In this document: positions 7,732 through 18,118 of the stretch, piece after piece
Layout of the letters: each line of letters opens with the position of its first letter
Numbering within the stretch: position 1 is the stretch's first letter
Source: a virus
Taxonomy: Duplodnaviria > Heunggongvirae > Uroviricota > Caudoviricetes
Reading direction: 5' to 3' (one strand)
DNA: 64,000 nucleotides
IMG/VR virus record: IMGVR_UViG_3300029604_000306
The notes under the pieces: generated by a model
What the model saw: only the letters and a program-made list of their open reading frames with translations
Databases searched by the model: none
What the model was told of the DNA's origin: nothing
Made by a program: the position numbers and the translations under genes

Positions 7732-8631
7732 ATGAGGAAAATCAAAAGAAAAAAGGGATATGCAGGAAAAATGCAGGAAAAGATATTTGAACAGATTAGA
7801 ATGAACGAGATAATAGAGAAGAAAAAGAAGTCAGATATCAAACTGAAAAGTCTTATGTCTAAAGCTGAAAAGATGGATAAAATCATTGTCGATAAAGAAC
7901 GTGTAGAATTAGAGATAAGTCGTCTTGATTTGGCGAATAAGCAACTACAATATTTGCCTATATTAAATAATGGGGTATTTATTGAACATAAAGATGATTC
8001 AATATTTTCTATGGTATTCAATGTTACAAATGTTGGGGAAAATAGTTACGACATCATAGTGGAATCTTTTATTGATATTAGAAAGGAAAATAATCCCACA
8101 TATTATTATAATGCTTGTTTTACTATTTATCCAAACAGTTCTCGCACTGGAACATATCCCAAAATTGTAATCCGAGATATGGACATGCCGTGTGCTTTAA
8201 TGCCGAACGAAAACGGAATAGGATATCGAGATTTTGTTTCGTCAGATTGTAATAATTTGATGAATGATACTTTTGATGAATTTCGTATGTTCTTAAAGAC
8301 AATAGGAATGCTAAACTACATTAGCAAAAACCCTGAAATCAAACAGGTAGAACCTTCAAACCAAATGAAACAGGAGCAAGCCATATCGCATCACGAAAAT
8401 GTAAAGTATGGACAAAAGGCAATTGTATTAAACGGAACGAAAATCGTTTCGCTTAATGAGGAGACAATACATCGTCTTGCCTGCAAGCCGCATCAGAGAC
8501 TGACTGAATCCTGGACTGTCCGCGGTCATTACCGTCATTATGCATCCGGGAAAGTCGGATATGTAAAGCCATATACAAAAGGAACGGGAAAAAAGGATGC
8601 AAAAACATACACCTTGCATAAAATAGTTTGA
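7732..8631 (+). CDS. hypothetical protein (~299 aa)
   Basis: gaaaggaagaaaaacaATG. The N-terminus is basic. Terminator at 8641-8668. Confidence 0.55.
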   Translation: MRKIKRKKGYAGKMQEKIFEQIRMNEIIEKKKKSDIKLKSLMSKAEKMDKIIVDKERVELEISRLDLANKQLQYLPILNNGVFIEHKDDSIFSMVFNVTNVGENSYDIIVESFIDIRKENNPTYYYNACFTIYPNSSRTGTYPKIVIRDMDMPCALMPNENGIGYRDFVSSDCNNLMNDTFDEFRMFLKTIGMLNYISKNPEIKQVEPSNQMKQEQAISHHENVKYGQKAIVLNGTKIVSLNEETIHRLACKPHQRLTESWTVRGHYRHYASGKVGYVKPYTKGTGKKDAKTYTLHKIV

Positions 8632-8775
8632 CTTTCTTGCAAGCTGCCGCTTCGCGGCAGCTTTTTTGCCATATTTGCTGAAGCCTTAAGAATTCTCGCT
8701 ATGTGCAAAGACTAACCTGGAGAATCATCTCCAAGTTTTTTGTTCGCAAAAAACGAACGGAAATCAAAAGATTCT

Positions 8776-8783
8776 GCATATTA
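8776..8783 (+). promoter_or_regulatory. GCATATTA box P12
   Basis: gattctgcatattacag lies upstream of 8825. Confidence 0.5.
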
Positions 8784-8824
8784 CAGTTAGAAAAAAAATA
8801 TAGCAGAAAGGAAACAATAGAAAA

Positions 8825-10648
8825 ATGAGAAAAAAAGACAACGTAAAAAAAGATACGGTGAAGTCAAACGTAACAGACAAAGATAACGGCAGGAACGATG
8901 GAACAGCAGGAAAGGGTCCCGGGAAAGATAAGATAGTAAAAATTATTTCATATATCATGCTGGCCGTTCTGATAGTTACCGCTGGAGCTGGGCTTTATGT
9001 CGGTTCGGGTCCTGGAAGGCCAGGAAAGCCAAAAGAAATAAAATATGAAAAATTCCTGGATATGGTGGATACGGGGCAGATTAAGGAAATCAAGTGGAAT
9101 GAAGATGACGAGACCATCACTGCCTATGACAAAAAAGATAAAGAATATACAACGTCAAATCCAAAATACGATGATTTCAAAGTAGATATGCTGGAGCAGG
9201 GCGTAGAAGTTAAAGAATCAGGAATGCTCAAGAAATATGAAACGCCGATTATGATGGCAGTTCAGTTACTTATGTATGCCGCTTCATTCTATGTAATGAC
9301 AAAGATAATGGGTATTGGTTCCATAAAATCAACCAGAAAGAAAGAACAAAAAAGCAATGTTAAATTCAAAGACGTTGCCGGCCTGGATGAGGTAAAAGAA
9401 GACCTCATGACGGTCGTTGACTTCCTGAAAAATCCGGATAAATATAAAGAAGCAGGCGCAGATATACCAAAAGGCGTGCTGCTTTACGGCCCTCCAGGAA
9501 CAGGAAAAACACTTCTGGCAAAGGCTGTAGCAGGAGAAGCCGGAGTAAAGTTTATTGCAACGTCTGGTTCAGACTTTGATGAGAAGTATGTCGGTGTTGG
9601 AGCGAGCAAAATGAGGAAACTTTTTGACGATGCAAAGAACAATGCACCATGCATCATCTTTATTGATGAGATTGACTCCATGGGCGGCCGCAGGCACTCC
9701 AAACAGAATAATTATGACAGACAGACGCTGAACACGCTGCTTTCAGAGATGGACGGATTTGATGGAAGCAATGGTGTTGTGGTGATTGCGGCAACAAACA
9801 GACTGGAAGACCTGGACCCGGCGCTGACAAGGCCAGGAAGATTTGATAACCATTTTGCAGTCTGCCTTCCGGAAAGCGCAAAAGAAAGAAGGGTTATTAT
9901 TGACCTTTATACGAATAACAAGAAATTTGCCGAGGACGTTGATTTTGATACATTTGCAAAAGAGACCATGGGAAGCAGCCCGGCGACAATCAAGACGGTA
10001 TTAAACGAAGCGGCTATTATTGCAGCAAGAGGTAATAACGGAATCATCGACAGAAAAATCCTTGATGAAGCATGGATGAAACAGTTAATGGAAGGGCATT
10101 TAAGAAGGAATGGTGAAAGAAATAATGTTGAAGTCGTAGCATGGCACGAAGCAGGACATGCGCTGGCAGGACTCTTGCTTGGTCAGGACCTGACAAAGGC
10201 ATCCATCATCCCGTCAACATCTGGTGCTGGAGGCGCAACATTTATCACTCCAAAGAAACTTGGATTATTCACAGTCAAAGAATTAAAAGAGCAGGTAATC
10301 ATGCTGTATGCAGGAAGAAACGCTGAAGCACTGCTGACAGAGAGCAACGGCGAAGAGGAAGGAGTTACAACCGGGGCATCAAATGATATTGAAAAGGCTA
10401 CAGACATCATCAAGAAAATGATTGTAGAATATGGCATGAATGATGAGTTCGGACTGCTGAACCTGGATAATCTCGATGTAAAGCCGGAAGTCATTACAAA
10501 AGAGGCGGTCAAACTCGCAAAGGCACTTCAGGAGCAGTCTCTGATACTAATGAAAGAAAACATTGACAGGCTGCGGGATATTGCAGAAGAACTTATGAAA
10601 AAGGAAACACTCACAGGGGAGGAAATCAGAAAAATTGCAGAAAGATAA
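8825..10648 (+). CDS. ftsH: FtsH-family ATP-dependent zinc metalloprotease (membrane AAA+ protease), accessory copy
   Basis: Two N-terminal TM segments. Walker [14 protein letters not shown], Walker [10 protein letters not shown], second region of homology [19 protein letters not shown], and the zinc site HEAGHAL. Confidence 0.85.
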   Translation: MRKKDNVKKDTVKSNVTDKDNGRNDGTAGKGPGKDKIVKIISYIMLAVLIVTAGAGLYVGSGPGRPGKPKEIKYEKFLDMVDTGQIKEIKWNEDDETITAYDKKDKEYTTSNPKYDDFKVDMLEQGVEVKESGMLKKYETPIMMAVQLLMYAASFYVMTKIMGIGSIKSTRKKEQKSNVKFKDVAGLDEVKEDLMTVVDFLKNPDKYKEAGADIPKGVLLYGPPGTGKTLLAKAVAGEAGVKFIATSGSDFDEKYVGVGASKMRKLFDDAKNNAPCIIFIDEIDSMGGRRHSKQNNYDRQTLNTLLSEMDGFDGSNGVVVIAATNRLEDLDPALTRPGRFDNHFAVCLPESAKERRVIIDLYTNNKKFAEDVDFDTFAKETMGSSPATIKTVLNEAAIIAARGNNGIIDRKILDEAWMKQLMEGHLRRNGERNNVEVVAWHEAGHALAGLLLGQDLTKASIIPSTSGAGGATFITPKKLGLFTVKELKEQVIMLYAGRNAEALLTESNGEEEGVTTGASNDIEKATDIIKKMIVEYGMNDEFGLLNLDNLDVKPEVITKEAVKLAKALQEQSLILMKENIDRLRDIAEELMKKETLTGEEIRKIAER

Positions 10649-11237
10649 TTTTTTTAACAGAATGACCGGCAGGGGTGAACTGCCAATCAGCAAAATGGCT
10701 GGTCTTCATCCCCCAGAGGACGAAGAGCATGAATATATAGAAGATATAATGCATAAAAAAATAAGCAGAGAGCTTTTGGCATCTGTTCTATGGTCAATAA
10801 TTGGGATTGCATTTATCATCGTATATATTTATATCCATGTAAAATCGAAATCAGAAATAACCATTTATTTCTTTATCACTCTTGCTGTGTTTGCCATGAT
10901 TGTTATTGTAAATACATACCGCTTTGCTGTTGTGGATAAAAAGCTTGACAAGATAGTCAAAGAAAGAAAGTACACGATAAGAGATGTTAAAGTGCATCAT
11001 GTGATGCCGGGCTATGGAACAAATTTTGGCAAACTAACTGTAAAGATTCAGGATGAACAGGAAAATGTGTATTATCAGGAATTTACACTCAATAGAAAAA
11101 TGGCAAAGATGTACAAAAACGACACAGATACAGCATTTATCCTGATAGCACTGGATAGAAATAAAAATATATACAGTCTTTTAAGCAAGAAGGAAGAACA
11201 GAAAAAAGAAAAGAGTGAAGAGGCAGCCGAAGAATAG
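10635..11237 (+). CDS. hypothetical membrane protein (~200 aa)
   Basis: It overlaps the ftsH stop. Two TM helices (LASVLWSIIGIAFIIVYIYI, ITLAVFAMIVIV). The start is uncertain (10635 or 10659). Confidence 0.45.
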   Translation: MQKDNFFNRMTGRGELPISKMAGLHPPEDEEHEYIEDIMHKKISRELLASVLWSIIGIAFIIVYIYIHVKSKSEITIYFFITLAVFAMIVIVNTYRFAVVDKKLDKIVKERKYTIRDVKVHHVMPGYGTNFGKLTVKIQDEQENVYYQEFTLNRKMAKMYKNDTDTAFILIALDRNKNIYSLLSKKEEQKKEKSEEAAEE

Positions 11238-11295
11238 CGGCTGCCTCTTATTTTGCATACAGAGAAAATTGTGCGTATTTCAGGAAAGAAATTCT

Positions 11296-11303
11296 GCATA
11301 TTG
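11296..11303 (+). promoter_or_regulatory. GCATATTG box P13
   Basis: aattctgcatattgtaaatat lies upstream of 11332. Confidence 0.5.
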
Positions 11304-11331
11304 TAAATATAAAAAAGGAGGAGGAAAAGAA

Positions 11332-12060
11332 ATGACGAAAGAAATAGAGAAGTTGCAGGAACTAATCGATAACCACGATAACATTGTATTTTTTGGAGGC
11401 GCAGGGGTCTCAACAGAAAGCGGCATCCCGGATTTCAGGAGCCAAAACGGGCTGTATAATATGGAATACGAGTATCCGCCAGAGACAATCTTAAGCAAGC
11501 AGTTTTTTAAAAAATTCCCGGAAGAATTTTTTAAATTTTACCGTGATAAAATGTTATGCGATGCAGCAAAGCCAAATGCTGCACATTTAAAATTGGCTGA
11601 GTTGGAAGAAGCTGGAAAAGTTAAGGCTATTATTACGCAGAACATTGACAATCTGCATCAGATGGCCGGAAGTAAAAATGTACTGGAGCTGCATGGAAGT
11701 GTATACCGCAACCATTGTACGAAATGCGGAAAGGCATACGGCCTTGATTGCATTAAGGATTCTGATGGAGTTCCGCATTGTGAATGCGGCGGAATCGTCA
11801 AGCCTGATGTAGTACTATATGGAGAGAATCTCAATGACGGTATTATGGCCAAGGCCGCAAGGGCACTCCGTGAAGCGCAGGTGCTAATCATTGGAGGGAC
11901 ATCGCTTTCTGTTTGGCCTGCCGCCAGTTTGATTGACTATTTTTACGGTAATCATCTGGTGGTGATTAACAAAACCCCGTCACCGCGTGATATGCATGCA
12001 GATTTGGTTATCCGTGAGCCAATTGGAGAAACCTTCACTCAGATTCAGCTGAAAAAATAA
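11332..12060 (+). CDS. cobB: NAD-dependent protein deacylase (Sir2/CobB family)
   Basis: GAGVSTESGIPDFRS Rossmann motif, ITQNIDNLHQ, the catalytic HG, and a Zn ribbon C-x2-C…C-x-C (CTKCG…CECGG). Confidence 0.8.
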   Translation: MTKEIEKLQELIDNHDNIVFFGGAGVSTESGIPDFRSQNGLYNMEYEYPPETILSKQFFKKFPEEFFKFYRDKMLCDAAKPNAAHLKLAELEEAGKVKAIITQNIDNLHQMAGSKNVLELHGSVYRNHCTKCGKAYGLDCIKDSDGVPHCECGGIVKPDVVLYGENLNDGIMAKAARALREAQVLIIGGTSLSVWPAASLIDYFYGNHLVVINKTPSPRDMHADLVIREPIGETFTQIQLKK

Positions 12061-12086
12061 GAAAAAATTTATTTTCAAAAGTTGGT

Positions 12087-12125
12087 CAAAAAGTGTTACA
12101 AAAAATTTTTTATTTTTCATATTGT
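12087..12125 (+). promoter_or_regulatory. shared upstream box AAAAAGTGTTACAAAAAA… plus (T)CATATTG (P14)
   Basis: A 30-nt box almost identical to the one at 17904-17940. It leaves a ~160-nt leader before the ATG at 12284. Confidence 0.45.
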
Positions 12126-12283
12126 ATATGAATGCAAAAGAGATGCAAAAAAGCGGGACAAAAGAAACAGGGCTTTGCCGATTGGTAATCCTCCGGCCCG
12201 ATTTTTAAAAGCACCTGGATTTTGCAAAATAAATATAGATGCGCAAGAGAAAGCGCAGAAAAATCTAACAGGAGGAAAAACCA

Positions 12284-12658
12284 ATGCGAAATAAAGCAAA
12301 AAGAAAGATTGACTACAAGAAGGTGGCATGGTGCCTGGCGATGATGGTGCTTGGAAGCATGATGTTTATCATGCCGGCATTTGCTGATGCACCAAGCGCA
12401 TCAGAGACTATGACTAATCTGATTAACTTAATGTGTTCTATGTTTAAATTTGTCGGAGCAGCCATCTTTGTATGGGCAGTTATCCAGTTCATTCTTGCGA
12501 CAAAACGTTCAGATGCAGACTCAAAAGCAGATGCTGTTCAGACTGCGGTGTGCGGTATTGCGCTTATGGGTATCGCCGCTATTGTTACAGCGCTTGGTAT
12601 AGGTTCTGCTATCGACAGTGATGGCGCAGAATTTAAAGACGATAGCTTATCTAGTTAA
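12284..12658 (+). CDS. small secreted two-TM protein, VirB2/TrbC-like pilin candidate (124 aa)
   Basis: Signal peptide ending …MPAFA followed by two hydrophobic helices. Size and topology match T4SS pilins. There is no motif-level proof. Confidence 0.35.
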   Translation: MRNKAKRKIDYKKVAWCLAMMVLGSMMFIMPAFADAPSASETMTNLINLMCSMFKFVGAAIFVWAVIQFILATKRSDADSKADAVQTAVCGIALMGIAAIVTALGIGSAIDSDGAEFKDDSLSS

Positions 12659-12692
12659 AAAAGAGAAAAATTATAACTATCTATTGCAAAAA

Positions 12693-12722
12693 AACAGGTT
12701 TATACAGACCTGTTTTTTTGTT
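12693..12722 (+). terminator. rho-independent terminator
   Basis: aacaggtttatacagacctgtt followed by T7. Confidence 0.6.
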
Positions 12723-12744
12723 TTTTTCGAAAACCCGCAAAAAT

Positions 12745-12773
12745 TTGCGGCAATCTCGAAAATAACGTATAAT
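12745..12773 (+). promoter_or_regulatory. sigma-A-like promoter (TTGCGG-17-TATAAT)
   Basis: A consensus -10 with a weak -35, upstream of 12808. Confidence 0.35.
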
Positions 12774-12807
12774 ATAACTAGAAAAAAAGGAAGAAAGGAG
12801 AAAGAAG

Positions 12808-13473
12808 ATGGCTAAAAATATCTTAAAAAAAATTCTTGCTGCAATCGGTTATCATTCACCGGATATTGCGCGAATTATTACTACCATCATGTGTATCATT
12901 ATGACCAGCCATTGGATTGCTGTGAACAAAGACGGCATGAACGTTTTTATCGTACTGTTTTCTGTATTGGTTATCTATCCTCTTCTTGGTCTTGTCCTTT
13001 CAGTTCTGATAATAATCCCTTCATTTATTTGCCGAATGATTTTGTATGCATTAGGAAACAATGCAAATGCAGAAGACCATTATTCATATACATATGACAA
13101 TAATAGCGATAGCAATAACGCATATAGTAACGCTGAAAATGGATACCAAAGATACCAAAATCAGCAGCAGAGTGGTCGATATTATGGTTATAGCGGTTAC
13201 GGATATAATTCCGGAAATGCCGGTTATGATTACAGCAATACCGGAACCGGTCAGAGAGATTATTCTTATAACTATTCTGGAAGAACAAATATGAAGAGCG
13301 ATTATGAGATGGCACTTGAATTTTATAAACTTCAGATGCCTTTTACAGAAAAAGAACTGAAAGAACGTAGAAGACAATTTATGAAAACCGCACATCCGGA
13401 TGCCGGCGGCAGCAATGAAGAGGCAGAAAAGATTAATGAATATTATGAGATTTTAAAGAAATACGCATCATAA
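12808..13473 (+). CDS. membrane protein with a Y/N/G-rich low-complexity region and a C-terminal J-domain (DnaJ-like)
   Basis: N-terminal TM helices. The C-terminus YEMALEFYKL…HPDAGGS…EKINEYYEILK carries the HPD tripeptide of J-domains. Confidence 0.65.
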   Translation: MAKNILKKILAAIGYHSPDIARIITTIMCIIMTSHWIAVNKDGMNVFIVLFSVLVIYPLLGLVLSVLIIIPSFICRMILYALGNNANAEDHYSYTYDNNSDSNNAYSNAENGYQRYQNQQQSGRYYGYSGYGYNSGNAGYDYSNTGTGQRDYSYNYSGRTNMKSDYEMALEFYKLQMPFTEKELKERRRQFMKTAHPDAGGSNEEAEKINEYYEILKKYAS

Positions 13474-13527
13474 AGCAGACTGTTTTTTGCATACTGTAAG
13501 AAAACGATATGCAAAGGAGCAGAAAAA

Positions 13528-14910
13528 ATGAAGACAACAAGAAAGATAATCATTACAATGTTATGTGTGCTATGTATTATACTGGGCACATCCTATTTTC
13601 TGGGAATGGCGTATTTTCAGACACATTTTAAAATAGGCACTACAATCAACGGTTTCCATTGTGCGTTTAAGACGGTTAACGAGGCCGAGGCGCTGCTATC
13701 AAAAGAAGTCAGCAGTTACGCAATCGCCATAGATACGAGGAATGGAGGGGTCGAAAAACTAACTGCAAAAGATGTAGGAATGACGTTCAATGGAAAAGAA
13801 GGACTAGTGGACATCATCAACAATCAAGATTATAGATTATGGTTTATGCCAGAAATAAAGGAACATAATCTTGATGAGGAAAGTTATGCGATAGATTCAG
13901 CAAAGATACAAAAATCAATCGCGAAATTAAAATGTATGCACAATATGGTGAGTCCTGAGAGTGCGCGTATCGTTGACACGGATGGATTTTACCAGGTAGC
14001 GCAGCAGGTCGTAGGGACTGAACTCGACAGGGAGAAAGCAAAACAGGTGATAGAAACGTCCATAAGGCAATGGCACAAGAGCGTAAACCTTGAAGACAAA
14101 GGATGCTACAAAGAGGCAGAAAGAACAGATGAAAAAGAATTACAAAAGCAGTGTGATTTTTTAAACTCAATCAAAGATGTTATCATAACATATGACTTTG
14201 GGGATAGAAAAGAAACTGTGGATGTTGAGACGATAAGAAAGAATATGCTCAGTAAAGATTTTAAACTGAGCCAGAAAAAGATTGAAGAGTATGTGAAATC
14301 ATTGGCAGAAAAATATGATACAATTGGAAATGAAAGAAGCTTTGTTACCTATGATAATCGGACTTCCAGCATTTCCGGAGGCGATTATGGGTGGCAGATA
14401 GATATAAAAAAGACGGCACAGGATTTAAAACAGATGATTACAGATAAGACAATTGATGTTGTGAATCCAACATACAGTCAGAGTACAGTCAGCAGGAATT
14501 CAGACGACATCGGTCATTCTTATCTGGAAATCGATAAGTCACATGGAAGCGTGATTTTATACGTAGATGGAAATCCAGTGGTTCAATGTCAGGCAAGGCT
14601 TGGCACAGACATCTCATCCGGATTCTATAGATTAAAGCTGAGAGAGGCAGCAACAGAAGACGGTACAAAAAATATCATGTATTTCGGAGATGGTGCTGTT
14701 TATCAGTTTGATGATGCTGCGGCGATGCCTGGTTTCTCCGGAAACGAAGATATTTCAGCAACGGCAACATCGAATGGTGTAAAACAGGGATGCATTGCTG
14801 TTGATGAAACATCTATGAATACAATATTCACCACATTTCAGGACAACTGGCCGATTATAGTCTACGATGATTCCAATATCACGGGACAGACTACACAAGG
14901 AACAGAATAG
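13528..14910 (+). CDS. cell-wall-associated protein, possible VanW/YkuD-like (L,D-transpeptidase-fold) C-terminal domain (460 aa)
   Basis: N-terminal signal anchor. The C-terminal SNGVKQGCIAVDE resembles the SHGC(I/V)R active-site region of L,D-transpeptidases. The match is weak. Confidence 0.35.
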   Translation: MKTTRKIIITMLCVLCIILGTSYFLGMAYFQTHFKIGTTINGFHCAFKTVNEAEALLSKEVSSYAIAIDTRNGGVEKLTAKDVGMTFNGKEGLVDIINNQDYRLWFMPEIKEHNLDEESYAIDSAKIQKSIAKLKCMHNMVSPESARIVDTDGFYQVAQQVVGTELDREKAKQVIETSIRQWHKSVNLEDKGCYKEAERTDEKELQKQCDFLNSIKDVIITYDFGDRKETVDVETIRKNMLSKDFKLSQKKIEEYVKSLAEKYDTIGNERSFVTYDNRTSSISGGDYGWQIDIKKTAQDLKQMITDKTIDVVNPTYSQSTVSRNSDDIGHSYLEIDKSHGSVILYVDGNPVVQCQARLGTDISSGFYRLKLREAATEDGTKNIMYFGDGAVYQFDDAAAMPGFSGNEDISATATSNGVKQGCIAVDETSMNTIFTTFQDNWPIIVYDDSNITGQTTQGTE

Positions 14911-14928
14911 AAAGACGAGGAAAATTTT

Positions 14929-15501
14929 ATGGAAGAAGATAAAGTTAAAAAAGAAGAAGAAAAAACGAACGATTTAAAAAATATTCGGCATACTATAGTT
15001 GTATACCTGACGATAGCCGTTATGACAATGGTTGCAATGGTCGTATTATATACACAGGTACTTATGAATGCTTATATTCCATCCGAATCAATGGAAAACA
15101 CACTGATGACTGGCGATAGGGTAATCGGCAACCGTCTCGCCTATAAGTTTGGACACGACCCGGAAAGATTTGATATTGTTATGTTTCATTTCCCGGATGA
15201 CCCAAGCATGATTTATATTAAAAGAATCATCGGTCTACCGGGGGAAAAAGTAACAATCAAAAAAGGAAAGGTCTACATCAATGACAGTTCCACTCCACTC
15301 GATGATTCGTTTATCCGTGAAAAAATGGAGACAGAACCCGATATGGAATTCAATGTCCCTGAGGGATGCTATTTCATGTTGGGAGACAACAGGAATGAAT
15401 CCGCAGATTCACGGTATTGGGATAATCCATATGTATCCGCTGACCAAATAGTAGCCAAGGCTTCTTTCAGGTATTGGAAGGGGTTCAAGGTGGTAAAGTA
15501 A
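14929..15501 (+). CDS. lepB: signal peptidase I (S26 family)
   Basis: SESMENTLMTGDRV (catalytic Ser box), IKRIIGLPGEKV (Lys box) and GDNRNESADSRYWD. Confidence 0.88.
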   Translation: MEEDKVKKEEEKTNDLKNIRHTIVVYLTIAVMTMVAMVVLYTQVLMNAYIPSESMENTLMTGDRVIGNRLAYKFGHDPERFDIVMFHFPDDPSMIYIKRIIGLPGEKVTIKKGKVYINDSSTPLDDSFIREKMETEPDMEFNVPEGCYFMLGDNRNESADSRYWDNPYVSADQIVAKASFRYWKGFKVVK

Positions 15502-15681
15502 CAAAATAACAACCCTGTAACGACTCTCTGATGGGCAGGGCCCGGTTTATACGGGCATGCTAAAATAAAAGATGTCGATATGCAGGACTCCTTCCGGCCA
15601 ACGCGACAGTTTTCTGTTGCGCTGGCCGTTTTGCATACATCGAAACGATATCAGAGAAAGAACAGGAGGAAAAAATAAATA

Positions 15682-16935
15682 ATGAGAGAAGAAGATAAGA
15701 ATTACAATCTCGAAGAAGATGATGAAGACGAAAACTTTATGATAGGCGGAACCGATGACGACCTTGATGAAGAACCGGAAGAACCGGAAGAACCGGAAGG
15801 ACCGGAAGGAGAGGAGGAAACAGAGGCCCTGGTTAATAAAAAACCTGAAAGAAAGACTACGCCCAACAAAGCAGCGGACACTGAAAGAGCAAATACCAAA
15901 AAGGAGAAAAAAGGAATAATCCATGACGAGGAAGAGGAAGAAGACGACTATGATTATGACGACGATGACGATGAAGAAGAAAACGGCGGAAAGAAGAAAA
16001 TCATTATCATTGCAATCATTGTCGCAGCGGCCGTAGCAGCGGCAGGCGTATGTACATACCAGAAATTAAAAGGAAATAACGAAGGAACGCGTCAGGAGCA
16101 GCAAGCAGCCGAAGTAACAGAAACGCCGACGCCTGAGGCTGACAGCGCAAGTGAAGACAGCGACTACGAAGAAGACTTCGGTGGAGACAGTACGGAGACC
16201 GACGACGGTGCAGACAGTGCTGATGCAGACAGTGATTCCACTGACGAAGATGAAGATGGCAGTACAGATGAAAACGATGCCATGCCGACTTCAACGCCAA
16301 AGCCATTACCAACTGCTACTCCAATTCCAACAGACACACCAAATACAGAAGAGGACACGGATGTTGCTGATGCAAATAATGAAACAGACAGCACGGAAAC
16401 CGAGAACACCGGTGATACTACTGTTGCGGACTCAGACTCACAGTCACAAGAGCCGGCAGGGGTAATTTTCCTTGGTGATGAGAGATTCCGAACAATGGCA
16501 AACTACGCTAGCGGGCAGTCTGATTTATGGGAGTGCTCTGCATCTGGTGATTTTTCATGGATGACAGACACGGCATACCCGGATGTAGATACAAAGATTG
16601 GAAATGGAACAAAAATATTTATCAGTATGGGCATTAACGACCTTGATAACTACCAGGCTTACGCATCTTCCATCAATACAAAAGCGAAAGAGTGGCAGGA
16701 CAAGGGAGCCTCTGTTTATTTTGTAGCAGTGGGACCGGTATCTGCTGAAAGCACCACTTCAAACCAGAAGATTTCAACATTTAATACCTACATGTATCAG
16801 AACCTGAACATTCCGTTTATTGATGCTTACAATCATCTTGTAAGTTCTGGATTTAGTACAACAGACGGACAAGATTATGACGAGGCAACAAGCACTGAAC
16901 TATATAATTATCTAAATAGTCTTATCGGAAGATAA
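15682..16935 (+). CDS. highly acidic repeat protein with a TM segment and a C-terminal SGNH/GDSL-like hydrolase domain
   Basis: D/E-rich N-terminus (PEEPEEPEGPEGEEE), then a TM (IIIIAIIVAAAVAAAGV). The C-terminus has GVIFLGDERF…ISMGINDLDN, matching blocks I and III of SGNH hydrolases. Confidence 0.5.
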   Translation: MREEDKNYNLEEDDEDENFMIGGTDDDLDEEPEEPEEPEGPEGEEETEALVNKKPERKTTPNKAADTERANTKKEKKGIIHDEEEEEDDYDYDDDDDEEENGGKKKIIIIAIIVAAAVAAAGVCTYQKLKGNNEGTRQEQQAAEVTETPTPEADSASEDSDYEEDFGGDSTETDDGADSADADSDSTDEDEDGSTDENDAMPTSTPKPLPTATPIPTDTPNTEEDTDVADANNETDSTETENTGDTTVADSDSQSQEPAGVIFLGDERFRTMANYASGQSDLWECSASGDFSWMTDTAYPDVDTKIGNGTKIFISMGINDLDNYQAYASSINTKAKEWQDKGASVYFVAVGPVSAESTTSNQKISTFNTYMYQNLNIPFIDAYNHLVSSGFSTTDGQDYDEATSTELYNYLNSLIGR

Positions 16936-17001
16936 GCAGCGCGGGCTGATATATTCAGCCTGCTTTTTTCTGAAAACAGACGAGAGGAGGACGCTGCCTG
17001 A

Positions 17002-17838
17002 ATGGAAAAGATAGGAGCGAAAGAAAGCAGAAAAAAGAAAAAAAAGAAGATGACAGCCAGCGACGTTGTCTTGATTGTGATTTTTGTCGTTGCGATTACG
17101 GTCGCCGCTGTCTCTGGTTATAAATTATATTCTATCATGATGGAATACAAAGCGGGTGTCGATGAGTACAACGAAATTGCAGACACGGTTGTCAAAGAAA
17201 GAGATGCGGACGCGGAGGAAGTAAAAAAACTGAAAGACGCAAAAGGACATGAGACCAAACATTGGACGTCACCGTTGGAAATTAATTTTGATGAGTTGAA
17301 GAGCATTAATCAAGATGTAGCAGGTTGGCTTTATATGGAGGCTTTACCAAACATTAATTACCCGATTGTCCAGGGAAGTGATAATGATTTTTATTTACAT
17401 CACACATACAAAAAAGAATCTATTTTCGCAGGTTCTATTTTTGTTGACTGCAAGAACACAAAAGATTTTTCCGACCAGAATACCATAGTTTATGGGCACA
17501 ATATGAAGAATGGTTCTATGTTCGGAACATTAAAACAATATAAGCTGCAGGAGACCATTGATAAAAGTCCATACTTCTGGGTCATCACGCCAAAAGAAGC
17601 ATATAAATATAAGATTTTTGCGATGTATGTGGCAAATGTGGATGGCGATACGTACACTTTGATTAAGGGCCCGGGCAAAGAGACTATTGAATATGGTGAA
17701 AGTATGAAGGCAAAATCGCTGATAAATACAGGAGATTATCAATTTAAACAAACTGATAAGATTGTTACACTTTCAACATGTACAGGCGATTCTTCAACAA
17801 GGTTTGTAGTACAAGGCGTAAGAGTAGAACCGGAATGA
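17002..17838 (+). CDS. srtB: sortase (class B-like transpeptidase)
   Basis: N-terminal signal anchor. IVYGHNMKNGSMFG carries the catalytic His, and TLSTCTGDSSTRFVVQGVRV is the TLxTC Cys motif with a downstream Arg. Confidence 0.85.
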   Translation: MEKIGAKESRKKKKKKMTASDVVLIVIFVVAITVAAVSGYKLYSIMMEYKAGVDEYNEIADTVVKERDADAEEVKKLKDAKGHETKHWTSPLEINFDELKSINQDVAGWLYMEALPNINYPIVQGSDNDFYLHHTYKKESIFAGSIFVDCKNTKDFSDQNTIVYGHNMKNGSMFGTLKQYKLQETIDKSPYFWVITPKEAYKYKIFAMYVANVDGDTYTLIKGPGKETIEYGESMKAKSLINTGDYQFKQTDKIVTLSTCTGDSSTRFVVQGVRVEPE

Positions 17839-17845
17839 GTGCAAA

Positions 17846-17884
17846 AAGATGACTGGATATAATGTCCGGTCATCTTTTTTTTTG
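17846..17884 (+). terminator. rho-independent terminator
   Basis: gatgactgg…ccggtcatc followed by T9. Confidence 0.6.
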
Positions 17885-17903
17885 ACAAAAATAAATTGTT
17901 AAG

Positions 17904-17940
17904 AAAAAGTGTTACAAAAAAAATTTTATTTTGCATATTA
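17904..17940 (+). promoter_or_regulatory. shared upstream box AAAAAGTGTTACAAAAAAA… plus GCATATTA (P15)
   Basis: The same 30-nt box as at 12087. It leaves a ~360-nt leader before the ATG at 18304. Confidence 0.45.
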
Positions 17941-18030
17941 AATGTAGAGAACATGCAGGCATGGCATATACGGCCGACCGATAACTCGGAGCAAACCCCT
18001 TTGCTATCAACGTAGAACGGGGAAGCCGCG

Positions 18031-18118
18031 GCCGACCAAAAGTCGTCCGCGGGTAAAATGTCCCAGTTTTAACTTCGCGCGCGGGTCGAAATCCCCGTTC
18101 GAAGTCAGGTAACGGGTC
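18031..18118 (+). repeat. family-B structured repeat, copy B1
   Basis: …ccgaccaaaagtcgtccgcgggt…ttttaacttcgcgcgcgggtcgaaatccccgttcgaag. Homologous copies sit at 25619, 50283 and 51998. Confidence 0.6.

Noticed and set aside
11332-12060. Sir2-domain protein as an anti-phage defence effector (Thoeris/DSR/SIR2-HerA type)
   Set aside because: The protein is a compact (242 aa) canonical CobB-type sirtuin with the Zn-ribbon and no fused sensor, SLOG, HerA or TIR partner. It more likely acts as a protein deacylase than as an NADase defence effector. This remains possible but is unsupported.
18060-18118. tRNA or tRNA fragment (GGGTCGAAATCC T-arm-like hairpin in family-B repeats)
   Set aside because: Only a T-arm-like hairpin is present. 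There is no acceptor stem, D-arm or anticodon arm in cloverleaf register, and the loop is not the canonical TTCRANY. It is treated as part of the repeat element rather than a tRNA gene.
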